A DNA stretch of 53,546 nt from positions 1 through 53,546 of the forward strand of contig MFMW01000029.1 in the NCBI GenBank assembly GCA_001783595.1, in the 5' to 3' direction. Under the pieces are notes generated by a model. It saw nothing but the letters and a program-made list of their open reading frames with translations. It ran no database searches and had not been told where the DNA came from. This stretch comes from Candidatus Kuenenbacteria bacterium RIFCSPHIGHO2_02_FULL_39_13. GTDB lineage: Bacteria; Patescibacteriota; Patescibacteriia; UBA2196; GWA2-42-15. Below are positions 42,264-50,821 of the stretch, piece by piece (position 1 is the first letter of the stretch; every line of letters starts with the position of its first letter). A program made the translations under genes and the position numbers.

Positions 42264-43682
42264 CTAGTATGCCTTGGCTAAATAGACCATCGTGTTTGCC
42301 TCTTGGCCACAAATAATACATTTGCCTTTCTTCTTTTTGGAAGAATCAACTCTGATGGTGGCTTTTGTGTCGTTTTTAATTTTAATTTCGCATTTAGGAT
42401 CACCACACCAGTGGACTAGAGCAAAAAAATTCTTTTCGTTAATATCTTTTTTGTATTTGTCGTAATTATTGTAGTTTTTAGTATTGTTTTCTAAAAATTC
42501 GGAATTTATTTTAAGTAAGCTAGCCTGAATATCATCAAGTGTTTTTGCAATTTTATCTTTGATTCGATTAAATTGAACTTTTTCTTTTTCACCATTATCA
42601 CGACGCACTATAATAACTTGTTTTTCTTTTTCATCTTTAGGGCCAACTTCAACTCTAAGCGGAACACCTTTCATTTCCCATTGATAAAATTTCCATCCGG
42701 GTGATTTGGTGTCATCCCAATCTATTTTGAATTCAACATCAGTCAATTGTTTAGTTATTTGGTTAATATATTTTTCAATTTTGCTTTTTTCTGCCATATC
42801 TTTCCAAATGGGAATAATAACTATTTGGATGGGTGCAATTTTGGGCGGCAAGATTAATCCCCTATCATCTCCGTGAGCCATAATTAAACCGCCAATCATC
42901 CTGGTAGAAACGCCCCAGCTGGTTGGCCAAGGTGTTTGCTCTTTACCATCTTGGTCTAAAAATTTAACATCAAAAGTTTTAGCAAAAGCTTGGCCTAAAG
43001 AATGTGAGGTGCCCATTTGCAAGGCTTTGCCATCTTTCATTATGGCTTCTACGCCAGTGGTGTAAAGAGCGCCGGCAAATTTTTCTGCGGCTGACTTTTG
43101 ACCAGCTAAAACTTGAATGGCCAAATAATCATTAATAAAATCTTTATACATCATTAACGCGTCCAGCACCATTTGGTCGGCCTCGGCTTTGGTTGTGTGC
43201 AAGGTATGACCTTCTTGCCATAAAAATTCCGTGGTGCGCAAGAATAATCTGGTGCGCATTTCCCAGCGCACGACATTGGCCCATTGATTAACTTTCAATG
43301 GTAAATCGCGATAAGAAGAAATCCATTTAGCAAAAGTGTGGTACATAATCGTTTCGGAAGTAGGGCGAATAGCCAAACGTTCTTCTAATTTTTTGCCGCC
43401 AGCGTGCGTGACCCAGGCGACTTCCGGCGCAAATCCTTCAATGTGTTCTGCTTCTTTTTTGAAATAACTCTCTGGAATAAAAAGTGGCAAATAAACATTT
43501 TCAACACCAAGCTGTTTAATTTTTTCATCCAGCGCTTTCTGAATATTTTCCCATAACGCATAACCATAAGGTTTTATAATCATACAGCCTTTGACATCCG
43601 AGTAATCTGCTAAGTCAGCCATTAAAACTACTTCGTTATACCATTTGGAAAAATCTTTGGATTGTGGAGTTAATTTAGACAT
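42264..43682 (-). CDS. proS: proline--tRNA ligase (archaeal/eukaryote-like type)
   Basis: 472 aa, class II. No bacterial INS editing domain. Has a C-terminal Cys-containing domain and ends in Tyr (..LAKAY). Confidence 0.93.
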   Translation of the reverse strand: MSKLTPQSKDFSKWYNEVVLMADLADYSDVKGCMIIKPYGYALWENIQKALDEKIKQLGVENVYLPLFIPESYFKKEAEHIEGFAPEVAWVTHAGGKKLEERLAIRPTSETIMYHTFAKWISSYRDLPLKVNQWANVVRWEMRTRLFLRTTEFLWQEGHTLHTTKAEADQMVLDALMMYKDFINDYLAIQVLAGQKSAAEKFAGALYTTGVEAIMKDGKALQMGTSHSLGQAFAKTFDVKFLDQDGKEQTPWPTSWGVSTRMIGGLIMAHGDDRGLILPPKIAPIQIVIIPIWKDMAEKSKIEKYINQITKQLTDVEFKIDWDDTKSPGWKFYQWEMKGVPLRVEVGPKDEKEKQVIIVRRDNGEKEKVQFNRIKDKIAKTLDDIQASLLKINSEFLENNTKNYNNYDKYKKDINEKNFFALVHWCGDPKCEIKIKNDTKATIRVDSSKKKKGKCIICGQEANTMVYLAKAY

Positions 43683-43693
43683 ATTTTTAGATT

Positions 43694-44827
43694 TTAAAAT
43701 AAATGAATCTTAATATCTCTGAATATTATAAAGACCATCAAGATAATCAGGCAGACAAAACCAATTTGGTGGATTTTTGCTTCTAAAGATTGCTTAACCG
43801 GTCGGCCTTTGAATTTTTCAATAATAAGAAACAGCAGTCGTCCGCCATCAATAGCCGGGATAGGCAGGAGATTAATAATGCCCAAATTAATGGAAAGGAG
43901 AGCGGCAAATTGGAGAATATAGATAAAGCCCAATTTAACCACTTGGCCAGTTAACACGGCAATGCCCACCGGTCCAGCCACTTCAGTTTCTACTGGCTGA
44001 CCAACAATTAAATCTCCTATTATCTTAACAAAAGCTTTTAAAATAGCAAGGGTTAAAGCCAGTGTTGTTTCCGCGCCTTTATACATTGCCTGATACCATG
44101 GATAGCGGACAATAGCGGTTTTAACCAAGCCAATGCCGATTTGGGCAGGCTGGTCTGGAAAATTTGAAACTGGAATAATTTTTTTAGTGATTTCTTGCTT
44201 GGCTCTAGAAACTGTAATGGCCATTTCTTGGTTTGAGCTGGCAGAAATTTTATCTTTAACTTCTTGAATGCCGGCTATGGGCTGACCATTGATCTTTAAA
44301 ATTATATCTCCCACTTCAATTTGAGCACTGGCGGCAGGCGAATCTTTAACAACTGAAATTATCTGGACTTTTTCAAGACTGGCATTGAGGCTTGGATCAG
44401 GCTGGTCATCAACCAAACTGGGAATACCGGCCGTAAAAGCAATTGCAAGCAGAATAAAAGCTAAAACAAAATTCATGGCCACGCCGGCAAACATTATCAC
44501 AGCTCTTTGCCAAATTTTTCGCGAACCAAAACTGTCAATGTCTTTCTCGTGTTCGCCATTCTCGCCTTTAATAGAAACAAAACCGCCAAAGGGCAGCCAA
44601 TTAACAGACCAGATTGTTTTTTTATAGTCTTCTGCTTTTGTTTTCGGCCCAACATTTTTCCATTTACCATGGTCATCTTTGACAAAACCAAAAATTCTGG
44701 GCGGCAAACCAAAGCCAAACTCTTCAGCTTTAACTTTAAACGCGCGGGCAGTGATAAAATGGCCTAGCTCATGAACAAGGATTAAAGTACCGAGGATGAC
44801 GATGAATGTGATGATGGTTATAAACAT
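43694..44827 (-). CDS. rseP: RIP metalloprotease RseP (M50 with PDZ)
   Basis: HELGHFITA, a PDZ segment (VGDIILKINGQPI), and NLLPIPAIDGG. Confidence 0.9.
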   Translation of the reverse strand: MFITIITFIVILGTLILVHELGHFITARAFKVKAEEFGFGLPPRIFGFVKDDHGKWKNVGPKTKAEDYKKTIWSVNWLPFGGFVSIKGENGEHEKDIDSFGSRKIWQRAVIMFAGVAMNFVLAFILLAIAFTAGIPSLVDDQPDPSLNASLEKVQIISVVKDSPAASAQIEVGDIILKINGQPIAGIQEVKDKISASSNQEMAITVSRAKQEITKKIIPVSNFPDQPAQIGIGLVKTAIVRYPWYQAMYKGAETTLALTLAILKAFVKIIGDLIVGQPVETEVAGPVGIAVLTGQVVKLGFIYILQFAALLSINLGIINLLPIPAIDGGRLLFLIIEKFKGRPVKQSLEAKIHQIGFVCLIILMVFIIFRDIKIHLF

Positions 44828-44835
44828 ATGTTATT

Positions 44836-44893
44836 CCCCCCTCCCTCACCCTCCCCCACAGCGTCCCTTGCGGGGGAGGGCTGGGGAGAGGGC
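44836..44893 (-). other. C/G-tract hairpin in the frr-rseP spacer
   Basis: CCCTCCCCC (44849..44857) pairs perfectly with GGGGGAGGG (44872..44880), with imperfect outer arms. Confidence 0.7.
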
Positions 44894-44900
44894 TTATAGT

Positions 44901-45446
44901 TTAGAGTTTAATTTCCTCTTCTTTTTTCTCCCCCACTTTCTTGGCAGTTTCATTATACTGACGGGTCATTTCGTCCAAATCTTCAACCAATTTATATTTT
45001 TCATCCTCGCTTATTTCTTTATGCCTCTCCAGTTCAGTAATTTCTTCTTTAATTTTATCGCGAATGCCGCGGATGGCCATGCGGGCGTTTTCCAATTTGT
45101 CATGCAAAACCTTAACCAGTTTTTGGCGGCTTTCTTCAGTCATGGGTGAAATAATAAGGCGCAAAAAAGTGCCTTGATTGTTAACCGCAAACCCCAGACT
45201 GGCAGTTTGAATGGCGCGCTCAACATCTTTAATGATATTTCTGTCCCATGGCTCAACAGTGAGCATTTTGGGCTCTGGCGCCTGAATTGAGGCCAATTGC
45301 TTTAAGGGCATTTTTGAACCGTAAACTTCTACTATGATATTTTCCAGCAATGCCGGGGTGGCCCGATTGGTTCTGACGGAACTAATGTCAGTTTTTAAAT
45401 ATTCAATAGCGGCATCAAAATTTGTGCTGCGTTGTTTTAGGTCCAT
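44901..45446 (-). CDS. frr: ribosome recycling factor
   Basis: 181 aa. RTNRATPALLENI, VEPWD and IRGIRDK. Confidence 0.95.
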   Translation of the reverse strand: MDLKQRSTNFDAAIEYLKTDISSVRTNRATPALLENIIVEVYGSKMPLKQLASIQAPEPKMLTVEPWDRNIIKDVERAIQTASLGFAVNNQGTFLRLIISPMTEESRQKLVKVLHDKLENARMAIRGIRDKIKEEITELERHKEISEDEKYKLVEDLDEMTRQYNETAKKVGEKKEEEIKL

Positions 45447-45479
45447 AAATATTTTATTAATTTTTAATAATATCCTGGC

Positions 45480-46529
45480 TTATTGTGTCACGCCAAGATA
45501 CAAAAGATTGGTGTCTGCCGGATCAACTAAAATACTTTTAACCTTGGTGCCAGCTGGAATGGGTAAAGTTTTGGTTTTCCAATTACGGCCATTGTCTACG
45601 GTATGGTAGAGAATATTGCCGATTGTATAATAAAGCTCGTCCGTTTCCTGGGGGTTGAAGCCAAGAGCATTAATATCAACGGTATTGGGCTGGGTAATTA
45701 AAGTTACTGGCTGCCAGCTCTGGCCATTATCCTGACTTTTAAGAATACCGTAAGCAGCAAGATAGATTAAATTGTTTGGCTTTTGAGTAAAGAACAGCTG
45801 TTTGAATTTATTAATGCCCGGCATTTTTTTGGCCTGCTCAAAAACCGTTTCTTGCCAGGATGCGCCCTGATCGTTGGAAATATAAAATTTATCCTGGGTG
45901 GCTACAAAAATATTACGACTATTATGCGGATCAACAAAAACCTTTTTGGCCTGCGCTTTTCCAAAAGTGGCAACAGTCTGCCAACGCTCGCCCCAATCAT
46001 CGCTCAAAAGCAAGGTAGCGTCACTGGTCAGCAGATAAACATAGCTAGTGTCAAAATAGCTGATCCCTAAACTTACAGCAGTAACATTGGCTTTGGCTTC
46101 AGTGTAAATAACCGTCCAATTTTCTCCGTTGTCAGCGGTTTTAAAAACTTTATTGCCAGAGGCAAAATAGATTATGCCGCGAGTTTTTGGATTTAAGGCA
46201 AAATCATCAAGGGGCAAACTGTTAATTTTTTTCCATGAATCAGCGCCATTTTGACTGATAAAAAAACCGTCATTGGCCGCGCGATAGATAATGTTTGAAT
46301 CAAATATGTCAAAAACAAGCTGGCGAATGTTTTGACTGGCAATGGTTGCTTCGCTTGCTTCAAGCTTATTCTCTGCCAACCATGTTTCACCTTGATCGCC
46401 TGATTTGTAAACCCCTTTTAAACCAATTACTCTATTACCGCCGCCGGGGACAAAGACCAAACTGCAGGCTGAAAAAATAAGTGTGATCATTAAGGCGCCA
46501 GTGATAAAAAATATTTTTTTGGTTTTCAT
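45480..46529 (-). CDS. BNR/Asp-box beta-propeller lipoprotein (Ycf48- or sortilin-like)
   Basis: Lipobox LIFSAC. Seven Asp-box-like motifs: DQGETW, GADSW, DNGENW, DWGERW, DQGASW, DNGQSW, DNGRNW. Confidence 0.7.
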   Translation of the reverse strand: MKTKKIFFITGALMITLIFSACSLVFVPGGGNRVIGLKGVYKSGDQGETWLAENKLEASEATIASQNIRQLVFDIFDSNIIYRAANDGFFISQNGADSWKKINSLPLDDFALNPKTRGIIYFASGNKVFKTADNGENWTVIYTEAKANVTAVSLGISYFDTSYVYLLTSDATLLLSDDWGERWQTVATFGKAQAKKVFVDPHNSRNIFVATQDKFYISNDQGASWQETVFEQAKKMPGINKFKQLFFTQKPNNLIYLAAYGILKSQDNGQSWQPVTLITQPNTVDINALGFNPQETDELYYTIGNILYHTVDNGRNWKTKTLPIPAGTKVKSILVDPADTNLLYLGVTQ

Positions 46530-46541
46530 ATTCTTTATTGT

Positions 46542-47534
46542 TCAAAATTCTAAAACTAAATTTTCCAAAGCCAGCCGCAAATTTACATTCTGCCCAAGAT
46601 AACGTTGGGTCATTTTAATTCTATTTAATAATGCGGCTAAACGTAACGAGGAATACGGGGCAGAAAAATTGGCCAGCTCTGATTTTAAATTAACATGAGT
46701 GACTTTATCAAAACAGAGATTTTTGACAAGCAAGGCATCCCGCATCAGACAAGAAATTTGCGCTAAAAATTGAGCGGCATTTTGTTGGCTTTTCTCTGAT
46801 TTAGCTTGTCCGGCTAATTTCTCAACTAAGGCAAAACGGCTGTTCAAATCAGCTGATATTTGAGATAAAAGAATTTGCTGACCGTGCTGATATTCAGCCA
46901 GCAGCTTTGAATGTCCGAGCAAAGATAAAACGCGGCCGGGGCAGCCTTGGCTTAAATGAGCCAGCTGATAAGCTTGACTTTTATCTAAACCTTTTTTAAT
47001 TAGATAGCCCTCAAGTTCTTTGAGCGGAACTGGCAAAAATTTAATAACTTGCACGCGGGAGAGAATGGTTTCAGGAATGCCTTTTAAGGTCGGGGTCAAA
47101 AAGATAAAAATTGTTTTAGCGGTTGGTTCTTCTAAAATCTTCAACAGCCCGTTGGCGGCAGCCAAGGAAAGAGTTTGGGCGTCACGGATGAAAATAATTT
47201 TGTGGGAGTTTAAAAATGTGCCGCGATGAATTTTTGCCCGCGCCTCACGCACTTGTTCAATGGTGATATTTTTTTTGCCCGGTTGGCACTCAAGATAAAT
47301 AATGTCAGGGTGAATTTGGCGGACAATCTGTCTGCAATGAGCGCAGCTATCGCAAGGACTCTGGTTTGAGCAGCAATAAATACTTTTAATAAAATATTGG
47401 GCCAGAGTATTTTTGCCCAAGCCATTTAACCCATAAAACAAATAAGCATGGCCAAGGGTGTTATTACTAATCATGGCTTGCAGATAACTAATAATTGGCT
47501 TATGGCCAATAATCTGCCAGTTGAATTTAATCAT
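46542..47534 (-). CDS. holB: DNA polymerase III delta-prime subunit
   Basis: GHAYLFYGLNGLGKNTLAQYF, zinc module CDSCAHCRQ, and IIFIRDAQTLS. Confidence 0.85.
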   Translation of the reverse strand: MIKFNWQIIGHKPIISYLQAMISNNTLGHAYLFYGLNGLGKNTLAQYFIKSIYCCSNQSPCDSCAHCRQIVRQIHPDIIYLECQPGKKNITIEQVREARAKIHRGTFLNSHKIIFIRDAQTLSLAAANGLLKILEEPTAKTIFIFLTPTLKGIPETILSRVQVIKFLPVPLKELEGYLIKKGLDKSQAYQLAHLSQGCPGRVLSLLGHSKLLAEYQHGQQILLSQISADLNSRFALVEKLAGQAKSEKSQQNAAQFLAQISCLMRDALLVKNLCFDKVTHVNLKSELANFSAPYSSLRLAALLNRIKMTQRYLGQNVNLRLALENLVLEF

Positions 47535-47553
47535 ATATTGTATATATTATCAT

Positions 47554-48582
47554 TTAAAGGGCTGTTTGCCAAGTTTTTTCCACGCATTTTTGCCAATCAA
47601 AATTTTCAAGTCTGGTTTGGCCTTGGTGGATTAAATTTTGTCTTAAATTTTGGTCTTGAGTGATTTTTTCTAATTTTTGGGCAATGTCTTGGGGTGATTT
47701 GGGATTAGCATAAAGACAGCCGTCTTGTCCTATTTCGCGTAAAACTGGTATATCGGAAGCTAGAACAGGCAGATTATGGCTAAAAGCCTCTAGAACTGGG
47801 AAACCAAAGCCTTCGTGTTTGGAAATTAAAACAAGACAACTTGATTCTTGCAAGAGTTGATTTTTTTTATCATCACTTATATAGCCTATATTATATTTAT
47901 TTTCTTTAAAACCACGGCCTGGCTTACCGGCTAAAATTAATTTGTAGTCAGGATGTTTTTGATAAAAAATCTGAAAAGCTTTAATGAGATTATTAATGTT
48001 CTTTTTTTCTTCAAGCCTGCCTAAAAATAATATCTGTTTTTTTTTATTATTGGGCCGTGAGCTGCAAGCGGCGGGCGGCTGATTATGCCCAAAATATGTC
48101 ACCGCAATCTTATCTTCCGGACAATTAAAATATTTCATCAGGTCGTCTTTGGTGGCTTGGGTGGGCGTGATAATTTTCTGGGCATATTTGACAGCCTGCT
48201 TGGTAGTAATATTTAAAAACCATTTTTGAAAAACTGAATAGCTTTCCGGGATATAAATAAAACCAAGATCATGGATGGTGACTATCTTTTTGGTTTTTTT
48301 ATTTAAGAGAGCCAGAAAAGGAATAACGTAGCCGGGTGAAAAAAATACAGCTGGCGGATGAATTAACAATTCAAGCCCTAAGCTGACCTGCGACCAAAGC
48401 TTTTTAAATGGCCAACTTAATACCTGCTGATTTTTTTCAGGCAATCCAAGAATTAATTTAGGCGTATACAAAATTAGGTCAGTAGATTTTACTAATAAAC
48501 CCTTTATTATATTCCGGCAATAGACTTCCACGCCAGTGGGATTTTTACTTAAGAGCCGCGAGCCGTCAATGGCGATTGGCAT
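47554..48582 (-). CDS. glycosyltransferase, GT4/group 1
   Basis: 342 aa. C-terminal EGFGFPVLEAFSHNLPVLASDIPVLREI (E-x7-E). Confidence 0.8.
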   Translation of the reverse strand: MPIAIDGSRLLSKNPTGVEVYCRNIIKGLLVKSTDLILYTPKLILGLPEKNQQVLSWPFKKLWSQVSLGLELLIHPPAVFFSPGYVIPFLALLNKKTKKIVTIHDLGFIYIPESYSVFQKWFLNITTKQAVKYAQKIITPTQATKDDLMKYFNCPEDKIAVTYFGHNQPPAACSSRPNNKKKQILFLGRLEEKKNINNLIKAFQIFYQKHPDYKLILAGKPGRGFKENKYNIGYISDDKKNQLLQESSCLVLISKHEGFGFPVLEAFSHNLPVLASDIPVLREIGQDGCLYANPKSPQDIAQKLEKITQDQNLRQNLIHQGQTRLENFDWQKCVEKTWQTAL

Positions 48583-49669
48583 AAATTAATTCTTTAATAT
48601 TTTTTATAAATCTCTCCTGACTAAATTTTTTTGCCTGTGCCTGGCAATCTTCACGCATTAATAAGGCTCTTGCCTTCGTCAGCCAGTTAACCGCTTTAAT
48701 AATATCATCAATTGAATATTTGGCTGGAATAAATTTGCCAGTTTGCTCATCAATAATGCTTTCTTTCAACCCGCCTTCATCTACGGCAATACAGGGTTTG
48801 CCAGCTGACATTGATTCAATTTGAGTCATGCCAGAGTCTTCATCAATTGGGATATAGATTGAGGCAATGCAATTACCCACATAATCTGAAAGCTCTTGGT
48901 CATTGACCCAGCCCTTAATCTGGATATTATCATGGCCTTGGGCCATTTTCTTAATTTTTTTCAAATCAGGACCGCCGGAAACAACAATTAATTTTTTATC
49001 TGGCATTTTTTGAAAAGCCCTAATTATATCAGGAATTCTTTTTAAACGTTCCACGCGACCAAAGGATAAATAGTAGTCTTGCTGGGAAATATGTTTAAAT
49101 TTGTCAGTCTGGATTGGAGGATAAATAACAGCATCTGTCTTTTGATGCAAAAATTTTTGCAATCTATTTTTAACATTTTCAGAATTAGCAATAACCAGAT
49201 TCATATTTTGCAAACTTAGCCAATAGATGAATCTAATCAACCAGATGCCAATGTCGTAATAAAGAATCTTTTTCCATCGGGACGGTTGCTCGTCGCGACA
49301 TTTTTGGCGTAAATCAAAGGCGTGGCGGACTGGATGATGGCAGTAAAGAATCTTTTTTTTGCCGCGCCAAAAATGAAAACCGGCAGCCAGACAATTATTA
49401 CCAGAAAAAAATATGGTCTGATGGTTTTTGATAATTTTTCTGGTTTTAAAAAAAAATAGAAATTGGGCGCGAAAATAGCGCCAGACTATCCAAGGCGCTT
49501 CACCTGAACTTAAGGTAATTAATTTGCCCGGAACTTGCCGGCGGTCATAAGATTCAGTAGTCCAAAATTCAGTGACAATATCGGCGTTTAAAGCTTTGGC
49601 TAAAATTAAAACCAAACGCTCTGCCCCGCCTCGGAATTGGAATCTGTCGTGGATGATAAGGGTTTTCAT
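48566..49669 (-). CDS. glycosyltransferase, GT4/group 1
   Basis: 367 aa. DEDSGMTQIESMSAGKPCIAVDEGGLKE. Overlaps the next GT by 17 nt. Confidence 0.8.
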   Translation of the reverse strand: MKTLIIHDRFQFRGGAERLVLILAKALNADIVTEFWTTESYDRRQVPGKLITLSSGEAPWIVWRYFRAQFLFFFKTRKIIKNHQTIFFSGNNCLAAGFHFWRGKKKILYCHHPVRHAFDLRQKCRDEQPSRWKKILYYDIGIWLIRFIYWLSLQNMNLVIANSENVKNRLQKFLHQKTDAVIYPPIQTDKFKHISQQDYYLSFGRVERLKRIPDIIRAFQKMPDKKLIVVSGGPDLKKIKKMAQGHDNIQIKGWVNDQELSDYVGNCIASIYIPIDEDSGMTQIESMSAGKPCIAVDEGGLKESIIDEQTGKFIPAKYSIDDIIKAVNWLTKARALLMREDCQAQAKKFSQERFIKNIKELIYANRH

Positions 49670-49672
49670 AAA

Positions 49673-50680
49673 TTATTTCATCGCCAAAATACTTCTCTTG
49701 TAAGCCGCCAGGTTTTCCAGAGCAATACCGGTGCCTTTGACCACGCACAACAGAGGGTCATCGGCATTATAGGCTGGTACGCCAATAGCTTGAGAAAATA
49801 GCTCATCTATGTTTCGCAGCAGCGCGGTGCCGCCGGAAAGCACAATGCCTTTGTCCATAATGTCAGCGGAAAGCTCTGGCGGGGTGTTGTAAAACACTGA
49901 TTTAACGGCAGCAACCAGATTGGCCAGTTCATCTTGCAAGGCATCGGTGACATCATCGGAACTAACCGTAATAATGCGCGGCAAGCCGCTAACCATATCA
50001 CGTCCTTTAATTTCAGCGGTTAATTTTTTATCTAAATAAAGAGCGGAGCCGACTTTTATTTTTATCATTTCAGCGCTTCTTTCGCCAATGGCTAAATTGT
50101 ATTTTTTACGGATATGCTCTTGGATAGCGGCATCAAATTTATTGCCTCCAATTCTGACTGAACTGTTGGTAACAATGCCGCCCAGGGAGATAACGGCGAT
50201 TTCAGAGGTGCCGCCGCCCATATCAATAATCATATGACCGCTGGCTGAACCAATGGGAAGATTGGCGCCAATGGCGGCGGCAATCGGCTCTTTGATAATA
50301 TAGGCCGCTTTTGCTCCGGCGGCGAGCGTGGCATCAATGGCTGCGCGACGTTCAGTTGAAGTTACGCCGCCAGGCACAGCAATCATAACTTCAGGCCGAA
50401 ATAGCCGCAGCCCGCCAATGGCTTTATTAATAAAATAGCGCAACATGGCTTCAGTGGTTTTGTAATCAGCAATCACTCCGTCTTTCAACGGCCTAGCAGC
50501 CATAATAGTATCCGGAGTCCTGCCAATCATCTCTTTGGCCTCATCGCCCACAGCCAGCACTTTCTTGTCCAAAAGCGAATAAGCCACCACTGATGGCTCA
50601 TTAATAATAATGCCTTTATTTGGCAGATAAACCAGGGTAGTGGTTGTGCCAAGATCAATGCCGATTTTTTTGAGAAACAT
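49673..50680 (-). CDS. mreB: second MreB-family actin homologue
   Basis: 335 aa. IGIDLGTTTTLVYL, NEPSVVA, DMGGGTSEIAVISL and VLSGGTALL. Clearly a paralogue of 41205..42242. Confidence 0.9.
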   Translation of the reverse strand: MFLKKIGIDLGTTTTLVYLPNKGIIINEPSVVAYSLLDKKVLAVGDEAKEMIGRTPDTIMAARPLKDGVIADYKTTEAMLRYFINKAIGGLRLFRPEVMIAVPGGVTSTERRAAIDATLAAGAKAAYIIKEPIAAAIGANLPIGSASGHMIIDMGGGTSEIAVISLGGIVTNSSVRIGGNKFDAAIQEHIRKKYNLAIGERSAEMIKIKVGSALYLDKKLTAEIKGRDMVSGLPRIITVSSDDVTDALQDELANLVAAVKSVFYNTPPELSADIMDKGIVLSGGTALLRNIDELFSQAIGVPAYNADDPLLCVVKGTGIALENLAAYKRSILAMK

Positions 50681-50734
50681 AATTTATAATAAATTAAATC
50701 TACTCATAGATTAACTTAAACTGGGCTAAAAGTC

Positions 50735-50773
50735 AAAAAAACCGTCCAAGTTCATTCACTTGGACGGGTTTTT
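50735..50773. terminator. bidirectional-looking terminator after the large surface protein gene
   Basis: 10-bp stem CCGTCCAAGT / ACTTGGACGG flanked by A7 and T5. Confidence 0.65.
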
Positions 50774-50821
50774 AAATGTTAACTATCCGCAAAAACTTTG
50801 GGGTTCCATAAGCTCTCTTAA

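Noticed and set aside
44796-45149. 117-aa plus-strand ORF starting across the rseP start and running antisense into frr (SPLPHPPPQRPLRGRAGER...)
   Set aside because: Its N-terminus is just the translated C/G-tract hairpin, and the rest is antisense to the strongly supported frr gene.
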